A stretch of DNA of 64,000 bases from Octopus bimaculoides (Eukaryota): positions 29,791,758-29,855,757 of the forward strand of contig NC_068986.1 of NCBI RefSeq assembly GCF_001194135.2, read 5' to 3'. How positions within the stretch are numbered: position 1 is the first letter of the stretch; every line of letters begins with the position of its first letter. The position numbers and the translations under genes were made by a program. Below are positions 1-13,057 of this stretch, piece after piece. Below the pieces are notes generated by a model. The model was not told where the DNA came from. It saw only the letters and a list, made by a program, of their open reading frames with translations, and did no database searches.

Positions 1-1768
1 ACTAAAAAATCAAACCAATGGACCTTTTATCAAATGATGATCATTGTAACATAATATTTAGAGGATTAAATTCTTAACGCTTTTTGTTCCAAAGTATCGG
101 TCGTCCTGGAGGGAGAAAATGCCTTGAACCTTTACATATTAGAACAGCTGAACGATGTTGTCTTTTATTTAATGCTAAGTCAGTCAGTTGCCAACACAAA
201 TAATAGATTAATCTGAAATAGTCTTTATTTTTATCTACTCGGACCAATTTAACCTAGATAATCTACTTAGATTTGTTTTGTTTTTTCGTTTAGTCGACCG
301 GTAAACTTTTGTCGGCATTCATTTGCTATCACTTCGGTTTTATACTTATATATACGAGTAAATAATTTGCTTTCTGATAAAGCAAGTAAAAAAATAAGTT
401 TTCCCTCCAACTGCCATATTTTTTCTAGCAACTGTTTTAATTAGCTGTCTATGAGAGCAAGTAGGTGGGTGGAATTGTTAGATTATTCAGGGTTATTTAG
501 TGTATAAAGTACTGGAGTCTAGAATGTAGTGGTTTCATATTTTCGCAACCACTAAAATATACATAGGATGTCTGTCTGTTGAGTTAAAAACTAAACAGAA
601 AAGACGGGGGGGGGGGCACTTTCAGAAGTGCAACTTACACACTAGGCGTGTTTATCTAATGTNNNNNNNNNNACTTACACACTAGGCGTGTTTATCTAAT
701 GTCGGTGTGTGTGTGTAATTAATATATATATATATATATATATATATCCATACATCCATACATCCATCCTGTACTAGCTGGAGACAAATTAACCTCTCGA
801 GTGAATTGTATTTTCGTGGAATATAGCAGATAATGACATTACTAGATAAATATTTGTCAACTAAATTACTGTGAACATGAACTAAAATAGCTTAAATATT
901 AACTTGTTTTACTAAAATTGTTTTCACTTATTATGAAATGTTAATGCTCACTTTATTATTATTATTAATTATCATTGTAATCTCTTTTTCATTAATTATT
1001 ATAATAAACAAACGTGTTCGGTTTAATTGTGAGAATAAATACATGTTATAAAGCTTTACTGTGGAGTAATAGAATCAAAGAGAAAACAAAAAGGAGAATT
1101 TCTCATGTGGATGGATAATAGGGAACTTGAATTGTTTATTGGTTACAGTGTGTGAACAAGATTTACTGTTTACTAGGAAGCGTCTTACCCATGCAAGCAT
1201 GAAAATGAAGACATAAAACCGAACGAATCTGAATGCAGAATGATATGATTGTGGTAGTGTGAAGAAGATATATAATCATATACCTTCGTTAAACACGGGC
1301 TGTTGTCTATTGTCCTGCTCCAGTTTGGCTTATAGGATATTATTTTCGATTTGCATAACATGCTGTAGCTACACAAAAGTTGATTTTAAAATAGTGTCTT
1401 TAAACAGTTTACTCGTTGTTGAATTTGTTCTGGGAATTACACTCTTACAGCAGATTTACCAAATGCTGTCTCATGCTTGCTAGAAAGATAAGTGTCTGGA
1501 CGAGTAGTAGAATTGGAATTGTAGATCCAGCATGGTTTGAATTGTTACTCCCTGTACTAAGAGAAATATATATATATACTGCCCTAACTCTTCGAAACGC
1601 TTAGTGTTAGAATGGAGGCAGCTGACGAAGGAAATGTTCTCTATGTGGCCTGTGTGTTTTCTGTACTCTGTATCATTTTGTCCACGTTTTTTTGCTGTCC
1701 TGTACCCAGATATGCATCTATATATACATGTAGATGTAGGTATGTACGTATATATGCATATACTCATT

Positions 1769-1805
<37 letters not shown>

Positions 1806-2727
1806 CTGGTAGTTTTATTGCTTGTCATGTGAAAACACAGGGTGGGTATTACTATAATATCTTTTTTATAGTTTTTTATTTTTGTTTTCGAAGCTATAGT
1901 TTCTTTGATAAAGAACAATGTAAATTTTATTGCTCCGTGTTATTAATTTGACTAGCAACAACTATGTATTTGACATGTTGTTACAGTGAGTCATTGGCAT
2001 AGATTTCTAAGCCGATTCCTATGTGAATCGAGAATTTCTATGTAACACACTCTAACACACTCGCAGCTTTGATCCTTCCAGAGTAATTATAGGAATATTG
2101 GAGTGGACTGAGTGTGCTTAATTAAGTGTGCAAGCATAATAAGTAGTTAGTAATCAGCTATGAAGCTTCGTTACTTTATTCTTCAGCTGAGTGCTACATG
2201 TTTATTTAATTAACACTTTGCCTAACCCTTAAAACATGGGAGTCTCACTAAAGTATATGGAATTTTAGCAACTTTGAAATATGTTTTTGTTAGACGTTAA
2301 TGTTTTTTCTATTCAATTTGGTGGTCTGATGCCAGTAAAGTTAGGTGGAACTTAATCTTACTAATACACACAATTTCAACATATGTGATAGGGTTATGTA
2401 ATAATTACATAAACCTATCACATATAGTAAATTGCTTTATAGAATGCAAGATATCATAACAGATATTGAATTCTTTTTCTGACTTTGGAAATGGTTAGAA
2501 CTAGAAAAGTGAGGTAAAATTCATTTTCATTTCGATAATTTCTACTTAGCAAAAGATTAATTAGGTTTGATTTAGTGGAAATATATTGAGTAAATTATGA
2601 TAAAGAAATTAATTTTGTTTATATCTGTGTGTGTTTTGTTAACTACTAAAGTCTTGTTTTATTCTTAAGTTCAGATGTACTTCTAAAATACTTGTGTGTA
2701 TTTGTGTACATACGTGCACTCATATAT

Positions 2728-2851
<124 letters not shown>

Positions 2852-4781
2852 CTATGTGTATGTATATATATATAATCTCCATCCATCCATGCACACATAC
2901 ATCCAGGCACACGGTCATAAAAGAACAGATGATTTCTCCTCCTCCTTAGCTTGTTCCTTTAGGCATCATGGGTCTGTATCATCAGAAAGTACCACATGAA
3001 AGACAGAGGGTGACATGGAGGTGGTGGTGATAGCAACAAAAAAAAAAAAAGAAAAAACAATATTTAAAAGTATATTCTTCAAGCTGTTGTCATGCTCATT
3101 AACTCCCACTAGTTCTACACAAATGACAAATTACTGGATTCTCTGCCCTGTCCTGGGGCACTAATTGTAGCGCACAGTGAACGAAGGAGGTTGACACTGT
3201 GTTTGTATGTTAGCATGCTAGGAGCAGATGGTCTTTAAGATGTTGGAACTGGTTTGTTTTGTTGACAGAATAGAAAGTTAATCACAAGTTCTTTAAACAA
3301 TTATTAGTCAAAATAAATTTTTTAAATTCAATTTATTTTTGTCTTTTCCTCTCTCTTTTCCCTACTCCTTTTAAAGCTTCCATTTATTCCGTCAGTCATT
3401 GATTTCTATTATTTCATCTACAAACCTTTCTGTTTTATAGACGGATGTTATATAATATTGTTCAAGTATTCACATTCTAATCTACTTTTATTGGCAGTGG
3501 ATGATTCACACCTCTGTGTATGTATGTAATGACGTGTACCAGTTTTGTTGTTGCCTTATGTGTTATCCTCTTACCCTTTTGGCCGGTAATCAAACTTAGT
3601 TGGTATGCTGATCTGCTCTAGAGTTTCTGTATTAAGATTATAACTTTTACTGTCTCTTTTAACTTTGCCTCACCAAAAGAGATCATTCCCAAACGGAATT
3701 GGATTTCCCCTATTTTCAGCTGATTGTTTAAACCAACTTCAAAACAAAATACTTTCTTTCTCTCAACTCTGTCTCTATTTCTCAACTCTCTCTTTCTGTT
3801 TCTCTCTCTCTCTCTCTCACTATCTTTTTTAATTATCGGACACACTTTCGCTCTAAGAGAGATGTGGATAGTTTTTTTTTTTTTTTACCCCTATACCAGT
3901 GTCGTTTGGACTACACTAGATGGAACAAATACATCACTTGCACACATATCTCTGTGTGCGTGCGTACAAGTATACATGCATAGTATGGGAGCAAGCAAAC
4001 CTGAATGCAATGAAATAAGTTACAACTGTACTGGAGAAAAACTTCAGTTTGAAGGAAGAGTCCTGGTTTAGTGTACCTGTGTATGTGTGTGTGTGTCAAA
4101 TAGCTCAAGTGTTCATACTTGACATTAAAGAAATAGTATTCATTGTTTTAGTGAAGTAGCTCACTAACACTGTCATGTACTTACAAGTCACATTTTACAA
4201 TGACCTACACTTGACAGACTTTTGTTCGTGTTGTTATTGTTAAAACAGTCAATGCTTTGTTCATGACTTGCTCATAGTATCTCTACACTTATATGTATGT
4301 TTGTGTGTGTGCTTATTGCTATATCTAAATGAGTGTGTAGGTATGCTCACGATTTTTCCCAGCATAAACACATACACTTATTACATTTTTACAGGCGTTT
4401 CTGCATAAGTACACACCTGCACACATGTATATCCTGATAACATCTGCACATATGCATTGTATGTCCATTTGCCAAATAAGCACTAGTGCTTGTATAAAAT
4501 GGATGTACACACTTATGTAGTACACACATGCACACACAAAATAGTCATATAATAAATTTTTTTTTTTTTTTTAAATTCATGTTTCATAATTTACCAAAAA
4601 TAGCTCTAACATTTAATTAGATATTTTCAACACCATTTTTATTTTTTTATCAAAGCTTTTGACATTTCAGAAATTTTGATCAAAATCGGTATAACTTCTG
4701 AAAACATTCTTTCTTTTCATGTTTGGATTTTAATGAACACAAAATTAGAAAATCACCATGTAAATTATTATTATTGTTAAG

Positions 4782-4990
4782 TTGGCGAGCTGGTAGAATC
4801 GTTGGCATGTGGGACAAAATGCTTAGTGACTTTTCGGCTGTCTTTATGTTCTGAGTTCAAATGCTGCCAAGGCTATCTTTGCCTTTCATCCTTTCTGGGT
4901 TCACAAAATAAGTACCAGTTGTGTATTGGGGTCAATGTAATTGACTAACACCCTCTTAACTTTTTCAGGCCTTGTGCCTAAAATAAAAAT
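4782..4990 (+). mobile_element. Family A SINE
   Basis: Aligns to 6321-6500; flanked on both sides by (ATT)n. Confidence 0.85.
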
Positions 4991-5353
4991 GATTATTATT
5001 ATTATCATTATTGCTTGACTGCCAAACAATCTTTGTGGTATGCATGACCCTTTACCATACCCCTAAAACATTCTGGTATATTCCTCCCCTATTTATTCTG
5101 TAACTTTTTGCATACGTAATAAAGTAGTGGTTAAATCCAAGACTTGTTGATCTACATTCAGGCATTGAGTGTGATCCATACACTTTTCAAACTTTTTAAC
5201 TTAAGGTGACAGCTCTTCCCTCTGAGCCATAAAACTGCATTTAATTGTTTTTTCATTCAGGTAACTAAAATGCTTATCAGAATTTCTGTCTTAATAAGAC
5301 ACTATCATACATACACTCATATGTACATAACCTAGAAGGGTTTTTGTCAAACA

Positions 5354-5506
5354 CAGGAGTGGCTGTGTGGTAAGACGTTTGCTTCTCAATCACATGGTTC
5401 TGGGTTCAGCCCCACTGCATGGCATCTTGGGCAAGTGTCTTCTATAGCTTCAGGCCAACCAAAGTCTTGAGTAGATTTGGTAGACGGAAACTGAAAGAAG
5501 CCCGTC

Positions 5507-5547
<41 letters not shown>

Positions 5548-5740
5548 GTTTGTGTGTCTGTTTATCCCCCACCATTGCTTGACAACCGATGTTGGTTTGT
5601 TTATGTCCCCGTAACTTAGCAGTTTGGCAAAAGAGACCGATAGAATAAGGACTAGGCTTACAACGAATAAGTCCTGGGGTTCAACTAAAGGTGGTGTTCC
5701 AGCATGACCACAGTCAAATGACTAACAAATAAAAGAATAA
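5354..5740 (+). mobile_element. tRNA-headed SINE, family B (CORE-like CTTGGGCAAGT block, internal (TA)n)
   Basis: GGAGTGGCTGTGTGGTAAG head, GGTTCAG B-box region, CTTGGGCAAGTGTCTTC, GGTAGACGGAAACTGAAAGAAGCCCGTCG, (TA)n, and a tail ending GCATGACCACAGTCAAATGACT. Confidence 0.88.
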
Positions 5741-5754
5741 ACCCATTACTTATT

Positions 5755-6018
5755 TTTAAAGTCTGGTACTTAATTTATCTTTATTGCCAAACTGTTAAGT
5801 TATGGGAATGCAAACAAACCAACACTGGTTATCAAAAGACGCACACAAATTCATATGCACATGATCAGCTTATTTCACTTTCCATCTACCAAATTCACGC
5901 ACACAAGCACTGGTTGGCTTTGGGCTGTAGTAGAAGACACTTGTCCAAGGTGCCACACAGTGGGACTGAACCTGAAACCATGCGGTTTCAAAGTGAGCTT
6001 CTTAACTACACAGCCTGC
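5755..6018 (-). mobile_element. Family B SINE, older copy
   Basis: AGAAGACACTTGTCCAAGGTGCCACACAGTGGGACTGAACCTGAAACCATG is the reverse complement of the family B head. Confidence 0.8.
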
Positions 6019-6320
6019 ATCTGTGTGTGTATGTTTATATATATATGTAATTATTTGGACTTTGGATATATGTCTATTTGTATGCCAGTTAAAGCATATT
6101 CACGGTTTGGGCTTCCTGATGTTATCCACAGTTGGGATATAATTTTCACTGGATCTGTGTCAGGAAATCTGCAGTGTTGGTAGAGTTTATAATTGATGAA
6201 GGAAACGGAAAATGGGTTTAGTATTAGAAATTCGTACTAAATCCATCTTTTGTTTCCTTCATCAGTTTATTTGTTAGCAGGATCCTGTTAAATTAGGTTG
6301 GTAGAAACAGTGCAGAGTTG

Positions 6321-6552
6321 AGGTGGCGAGCTGGTAGAAACGTTAGCACGCTGGGCGAAATGCTTAGCGGTATTTCATCTGCCACTACATTCTGAGTTCA
6401 AATTCCACCAGGGTCAACTTTGCCTTCCATCCTTTCAGGGTCGATAAATTAAGTACCAGTTATACACTGGGGTCACTCTAATCGACTTAATCTCTTTGTC
6501 TGTCCTTCTTTGTCCCCTCTATGTTTAGCCCCTTGTGGGCAGTAAAGATATA
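6321..6552 (+). mobile_element. tRNA-headed SINE, family A
   Basis: GGCGAGCTGGTAGAAACGTTAG head, GAGTTCAAATTCC B-box, central CAACTTTGCCTTCCATCCTTTCAGGGTCGATAAATTAAGTACCAG. 16-bp TSD AGAAACAGTGCAGAGT (6303-6318) and AGAAACAGTACAGAGT (6553-6568). Confidence 0.9.
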
Positions 6553-7040
6553 AGAAACAGTACAGAGTCCTGTTGAAAGAATTTGAACTAGCTTTCAGTT
6601 CTGACATTAATTTGATATCTTGGTGCATTTCTTTCTGCTACAGCAACCTAAAAGTTATGGCCCCCCCCCCCTTCTCCTTTTTCCTTTTGAGTAAGCTATA
6701 AAACAAAATGTCCATTTACTGATTAGATTTATGAGACTGTTTGTCATCTCTGCTGAACTTTAGTTAGTGATCTTTACCTTAACCATTGTGTGTTAATGTG
6801 CTAAAGTGATAAAGTTTCCTATATTCATTGTCATTTGTAGTGAAATGCCTGTTAAATCATGTAGCTAGCATTTATCTTCTTATTATAGTGATGATTATGT
6901 GACTGAAATGCCTCTCTTTCTATCCTTGCTCCTTAAGTCAAATTACAAAAAAAAACTTTAGTAATAATTGCAAGACCAAAAAAGAACTTCATCAGACAGC
7001 TGAAGCCTGGAATTGAACCAGAGTTAGGGGGTTTCTTTTG

Positions 7041-7252
7041 ACCCTTAGCATTCAGATTACTGTCAAATGTAATGCTTCTTAAGTCACTTTTGTTTTGAAT
7101 TAATCACACATTTTTTTGTAGCTTCAAGATTTCTATGAAGTGATTGCTTATTTTTGACATGGCATTGTATGATAGGTTCGAGAGTCTGGATCTGGTCAGT
7201 TTGTACATAAAACGGGTAGAATATTATGGCCAGTTTGAATGCTAAAGTGTTA
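7041..7252 (+). mobile_element. Family E MITE
   Basis: ACCCTTAGCATTCAGATTAC...TTTGAATGCTAAAG; reverse complement of 45356-45584. Confidence 0.7.
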
Positions 7253-7848
7253 TTCTAACATTCTCTTAATGGAGCCATTTCAGTTTTTTGCAAACGGCTT
7301 CGTGATTTATAGAGATGTCTTTAAAATAGGAATATTTTGCTAAAGTATACCAAACAGAATACATTAAATACTGGCTTAAGAGAAAATCCAGCTCCAAATT
7401 TAAAAAGTAATTTAAAATGTATTAGCTTTTTTTTTTGTTTTGTACAGTTTTTACACCTTTATTTTGCTTGTTTTGTTTTTTGTTTGAGATCTATGTTTTT
7501 TGCAGAAGTAATAATAGAACAATTGTGTTGCATGTATGCATACGTCTTAGACATATCAGGGTTTATTAAATACAATTCAATTGTTACTTGACCTGCTGAA
7601 AATAGCAGTCAAAACTCTCACAAATCAAAGGATACACTGAACAATATAGTTTCTGATATGCAAACAATGGAACTGTTATGAATGACCAGGACTAAACTCC
7701 TAAGTTCTGTATACCCTAGGAATATAGTTGGTATATGTAACCTAAAATCACATATGTTTTATACACTCAGTGATTTATGAAAAACAACACCTGACAAAAC
7801 GTTGAGCCGAAAGAAAAAGTAGTAACTTTAAGAGACTACTTGCTGTTG

Positions 7849-7993
7849 TCATCATCATCATCATCATCATCATCGTTTAACGTCCACTTTCCATGCTAGC
7901 ATGGGTTGGACGATTTGACTGAGGACTGGTGAACCAGATGGTTACACCAGGCTCTAATCTGATTTAGCAGAGTTTCTACAGCTGGATGCCCTT
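7849..7993 (-). mobile_element. 5'-truncated non-LTR retroelement 3' end with (GAT)n tail, family D
   Basis: (ATC)n-GTTTAACGTCCACTTTCCATGCTAGCATGGGTTGGACGATTTGACTGAGG..., near-identical to the 8312 and 13058 copies. The LINE clade (RTE-like) is inferred from the tail type only. Confidence 0.8.
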
Positions 7994-8311
7994 GTTTCAT
8001 GTTATTTGTACTATTTAGTGAGGAACACTTCTGCATATAAGAGTAGTCTTGATGAGTGGTATGTATCCTAACATTAGAATTCAGCTGGGATAGAAAGCCT
8101 TAATATCGTTTTTATTGCTAAAATACATAAATATTGTATGAACGTTAAATGTTCAACTTAAAACCTGATGCCTTGTTTCTCATGTACGATGGCCTCTATT
8201 GTACATATTGTTTGAAATATCTGAATGTAGAAAAAAATGAGCATTTTATCAAAGACTTGAACCATCATTTTAATTTTCATTTTTCCCTGTTTGCATGGGT
8301 CAGATGGAATT

Positions 8312-8520
8312 TCATCATCATCATCGTTTAACGTCCGCTTTCCATGCTAGCATGGGTTGGACGATTTAACTGAGGACTGGTAAACCAGATGACCACACCA
8401 GGCTCCAATCTGATTTGGCAGAGTTTCTACAGCTGGATGCCCTTCCAAATGCCAACCACTCCGAGAGTGTAGTGGGTGCTTTTACGTGCCACCGGCACGA
8501 AGGCCAGTCAGGAGGTACTA
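8312..8520 (-). mobile_element. Family D retroelement 3' end, nested in an older relative
   Basis: Same 3' end as 7849 but longer. The flanks 8268-8311 and 8521-8610 join into an older subfamily copy. Confidence 0.82.
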
Positions 8521-8674
8521 ACATGAGGCGGATTTTCGACAATTGGATACCCTTCGTTTTGTCCATCCCTACATGTTCCAAGCATGACTAGGTGTGTTTT
8601 CATGGCTGGTTAGAAAGAATGAGACCACATGTATGGCTGTGACACTCATTTATAGCCATCATGCAATGTCGAGA

Positions 8675-8806
8675 CCGTTTCTGTCTAGTAAATCCACTCA
8701 CAGGCCTCACTTGGCTTGGGGTTATAGGGAAAAACATATTTACCCAAGGAGCCATGCAGTGAGACTGGAACCCCAAGTGAATGTGATTTCACACAGCTAT
8801 GCCTAC
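8675..8806 (-). mobile_element. Degraded family B SINE fragment
   Basis: TTTCTGTCTAGTAAATCCACTCACAGG...CCCAAGGAGCCATGCAGTGAGACTGGAACC. Further degraded B fragments at about 18755-18860 (+), 40885-41050 (-), 54350-54480 (-) and 55865-56010 (-). Confidence 0.6.
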
Positions 8807-11800
8807 CACTGTTCCGAAATAGGTGGAAATGAGAATATATATATATCTGAAATATAATAAAACTCACATGTAACTTTTTCTTTGTTATTGGCTTTGTAAA
8901 TGCACTCAGCCAGGGGACGGTGTGTGATGTAGGTTTAATTTTTATTGCTTTCTGAAAAACTCACCAGAAAACCATGCTTTGAGTTAGCAGAGAGAGAGAT
9001 AGAGAGAAAAGAATCTCGTTCTCACAGCATTATATTTATCTGTAATATATTTTAAGTAGTGTAAGAATCTATCATTAAACACTAGTTCACAACATTTATT
9101 CATGTGATTCTCTCTGTTTGTTCTCTGCTATGTAATCCTATCACCTGAGGCAGTTTTAAATGAGGTGGTTCTTCTCGTTACTGAACAACTAGGATAATAT
9201 GCCAAATTTCTGACATTATTCATTTTCCTAATATGTTTTAGATAACAGATGAACTTCCCACTTTACATTCCCTGTAATAAGTCCCAAGAATTTTGTTATA
9301 CAATCTAATATATCCTCTGCCGCCATTACCACCCTTTTTGTTTCTAAGATGAAAGGATGTGATAATTGGCTTCTATCTCTTGCAAATTGAGCGACCATGT
9401 TGAAGGCCTTTCAAATTTGTTTGTAGTGGTAATGATGCGAAATTACGTGTGTGTGTGGTTTCTTTTTATATTTTTTGTTTGGTCTAATTAACTCTTTTTT
9501 AATAGTAACCATCCTCTCTTTTTCGAGGGGTTTATATCTAAATAAATAGATTTTAAATTCAACACAAAGATGATCAACTTTTTAATTACATCTTATTTTG
9601 TAAATTGTGGAAACTAGCCTGTGTGTTTGTGTTTTGTGGGTGGTGTTGGTGGTGAGGTCACTACTTTATAGTTTGACTGAAGCCAATATCCTTAATGTAT
9701 GTTATAATATATATGGCCTGCCATAAAAATTGCCTAATACTAAATATAGTGTAGCTCTGATTTTTATTTGCGTAGTGTTGGTGTTGATAGAGCTTGTCTA
9801 TATCAGCTTAATTGTACACAGTGAATTATTGATTGTCATTTTATAGTCATAAAGATATCAATCGTTTTGATATCTAATATGAATAAACACATATCTGTAA
9901 ATGGTGTTCCAATAACATCATTGGAAAAATGTCAAATAAATTAAATAAATATTTTAGCTTTGTCCAGGGTCAATAATATTGTTTTCCTCTCTTGTTAAGT
10001 GTTTATTGTTTCCTCAATGATTTGTAAAATCTTCTTTATTTGGTTTTAGATTTTGTAATTTTTTTTTCTCTCTCTGTCTTTTCATTACTTTTACAACAAT
10101 AGACAAGTCGTGTGCTTTATTATTATTATTATTTTATTTTTACTTTCTTCAGTTTACTTTGATAATTACTTGCTTATCAAGACTATATATTTTGAAAATT
10201 TAGTCAAAATGACACGGGTATAATAACTGATAGTTTAATAACTTGATAGTTTAGTTAACAATAACAAGAAAAGCAATCTTTCAGGTTGTTCTTTTTATAT
10301 TTTTACTTATTATTTTATTAACTTTATTTGTTAACCAATTTGTTTTTACTAGAATAATGCTAAAATGTATAAAAATGCAACATTACTAATTACAAGTCGG
10401 CACTTATGTTGTAACGCTATATATATATATATATATATAAAATATGTTTTTCTAGTGAATGATAAAAGGTTTTTTCCTATTGTTTCCTCTCTTTCTCTCT
10501 TAGTGTAATGGTTTCCGTTAATGATTTCTTGTATAATTGAAATTGCTTAATGTGTGTAAACTTCCCATGTATGCTATTTTGTACATGGCTAAATACTGAA
10601 TTGACAATTATTTGAGATGATAGCTGAGAAATTATAACAAAGGCATTGCTCCAGTATGGCAAAAGCTGACAGGTTGCACTGTAAGTTATGTTGGAACTGA
10701 GCAAGTTTTTTGGGTTTCCCTTTTTTTTATATGTATGGCTTAGGTCAAGAGGAAGGGGACAATGGTTAAGACCTCTTCAGGCTCTCTGAGAATGATGAGA
10801 TTAATACAACTGATCATTTGTTAGTCACTTTCGGTGAGGGAGGACCTTTCAGAGAAGGCCTGAATATAGAATTCAGTACAAGAACTGAGGAGGGGATGAA
10901 GTGAGACAGTGGTATGCAATTAGTTGATTCACAAGTTGTTGTCATAGTGATTGAATGGCAGTAGACATGTGAGGTGAGTGGACCAGTCTTTGTTAGTCTG
11001 TCAATGGAGTTCTTTTTGATGTTCTGGATTTGCTTATGGTACCATCATCCTAGTTGTAGCAACAGTACTCCATTGTAAGTAGCTGGTCTTACTTCAACCC
11101 TATGAAGCTCAACTATTTCCTGGAATTTTTTTTACAAAGACTATTTATTTCTTGTTCCTGATAAGGAAGTCTCTTTTGGTGTGCTGGGGTCATCAGGAAA
11201 GATCAAGAGCCTCTACAGGGTAGCTAGAAACGCTAGTGATAGCAGCTAAATTTCTCTCATTTGTACCCAACTTTACAAGGAAGAACATTGAAGAACTGAC
11301 CAGATCCGGCAACTTTAAATATAAGTTGGTACCATTTTTACCAAATCAGCCATTGACCTTGCTGTATTATTTTTTAGTAACAAGATCCATATATCAACAT
11401 ATCTTATTACATTTGTTATTATAAAATGCTTAAAATGTTTCGAGTGATTGTTTACAATGTTTACAATGGCATCATAAGTTGGGAACATTCTCTTACTCTT
11501 TTTGAGGACTAGGTTATTTTCAACTGTATATAAACAGAGAATAGTTATTTTCTCTAGTTTTTATTTTTAAAGCTACGTACTCTTTTACAGAAGGTGCGTG
11601 TTTGTGGGTAGTTATAATATGGACAGTGAGGAAGTAAATTAGATTGAAGTAATGAATGTCATGTTTGATAATACATATGCCAGTTATTGTTCCACATATG
11701 GGGAAAGTAAAATTAAATTTTCTGAAACGTTGCTAATTGGTAAAGAGCTGTAAGGTTGTGGGTGGGATGGAGAGAAACAGGGAGATATAAAGAGTTAATG

Positions 11801-13057
11801 TGAACTACAAACATAATGTATTTTGAATCTTAAGGTGCAGCTTCTGAATGTGTGAACATCTTATATTTAAATTTTGTTTCTTTTTAGAAGCTACTTGTCC
11901 GATGTAATTTATGGCAAGTATGGAGGAAGTGTGTAAGTAAGTGGTAGGGTTTAGATATTCTCTTATAGTGGAGGTTATATAATGAAACAACTCCCTCAAC
12001 CACAATAAACACTGATATATACTAATATTTAATAAAACGTTAAGTAATGTTGATATTGAGAAATTATCTGCTGAATCTTTGGTAATTGTTATTATTATTA
12101 TTCTGGTACAAAGTTGTTAGGGAAGTAGAGGAAAGCATGTTTCAAGATGTCTTGCAATTTATCCAATTCCGCAAAAAATGCACTTGGTTCACTCTCCGAA
12201 GTGGTTGGCACCAGGCAAAGCATCCAGTCATTGCAGGAACCTATTGGATCCTGTCAAACCATATCAACCCATGCCAGCCTGAAAAACAAATGATTATGAT
12301 GATACTTTTGTCTATGCCATTGTTTTAAACCCAGGTCAACTCTAATCTAGCAGATTTGATCAAAGGTATTTATTCAAGCTGTGATCATCCCAGTTTATTT
12401 ATTTAATCATTTATTTATTTTGGTGGGTGGGGATGTTATTCCAATGGAGTTTTATCTCTTGTACTTTTCAGATTAAAATAATAGAAATCTCCTAAGTCTG
12501 CACTGTCGTTATTTTCCTAGTTAGCGTTTTTTTTTTTAATGCTCACTGCATTAACTATGACTTGATTATAGATTTTTATGATGTGTTGATGGCCATTCTG
12601 GAGAAATTTCTCTGAATAATTTATTCTCCAAAAATATATCTGGAGCTACATTATCTTATGTCTTTCTTTTTGTTTTTTCTTTTATGCTGGCAACATGCAA
12701 TTTCAGAGTTGGCTGTTATTTCTAGCAGGTCAAGCTACCACATATAGGCTCTCTTGTTTGCTTGTTGTACATATTGTTTTCCATGTTGATTACAGAAATG
12801 TAAAGCAAAATGATTCCTCTGTAGCTTTCTCCAGCTTTTTGGTCAAGGTATCCAAGTCTCTAACAATTTATAATATTCCTGATCTTTTTTTTTCTTTGGT
12901 TATCTGTTGTCTCTTATTTATCTTCTAGTTTGAGAAATCCTTGCCCGCCCCACACCTGAAAAAAAAGCTAAGCCACTCCAAGAAAAAAAAAAGACAAATC
13001 AATCATAATGAATGATACACAAACCACTTAGATTACTGGCAATTGCTTCAGGTTAAC

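Noticed and set aside
633-702. 30-bp direct repeat ACTTACACACTAGGCGTGTTTATCTAATGT on both sides of a 10-N gap
   Set aside because: Typical unmerged contig overlap; likely an assembly artefact.
1580-1640. TTCGAAACGC...GCTGACGAAGG, hammerhead-like halves in permuted order
   Set aside because: I could not build stems I and III. It may be a decayed Penelope-type repeat, but no ribozyme is supported.
1998-2140. H/ACA snoRNA interpretation of the twin hairpins
   Set aside because: No ANANNA hinge and no terminal ACA box.
2963-3030. Acceptor-like TTCCTTTAG followed by a short ORF (MGLYHQKVPHERQRVTWRWW)
   Set aside because: No similarity to Groucho or any family I recognise, and no convincing donor.
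10760-11320. GC-richer stretch with moderately long reading frames
   Set aside because: Translations showed no recognisable domain. It may be an ancient TE remnant but is unsupported.
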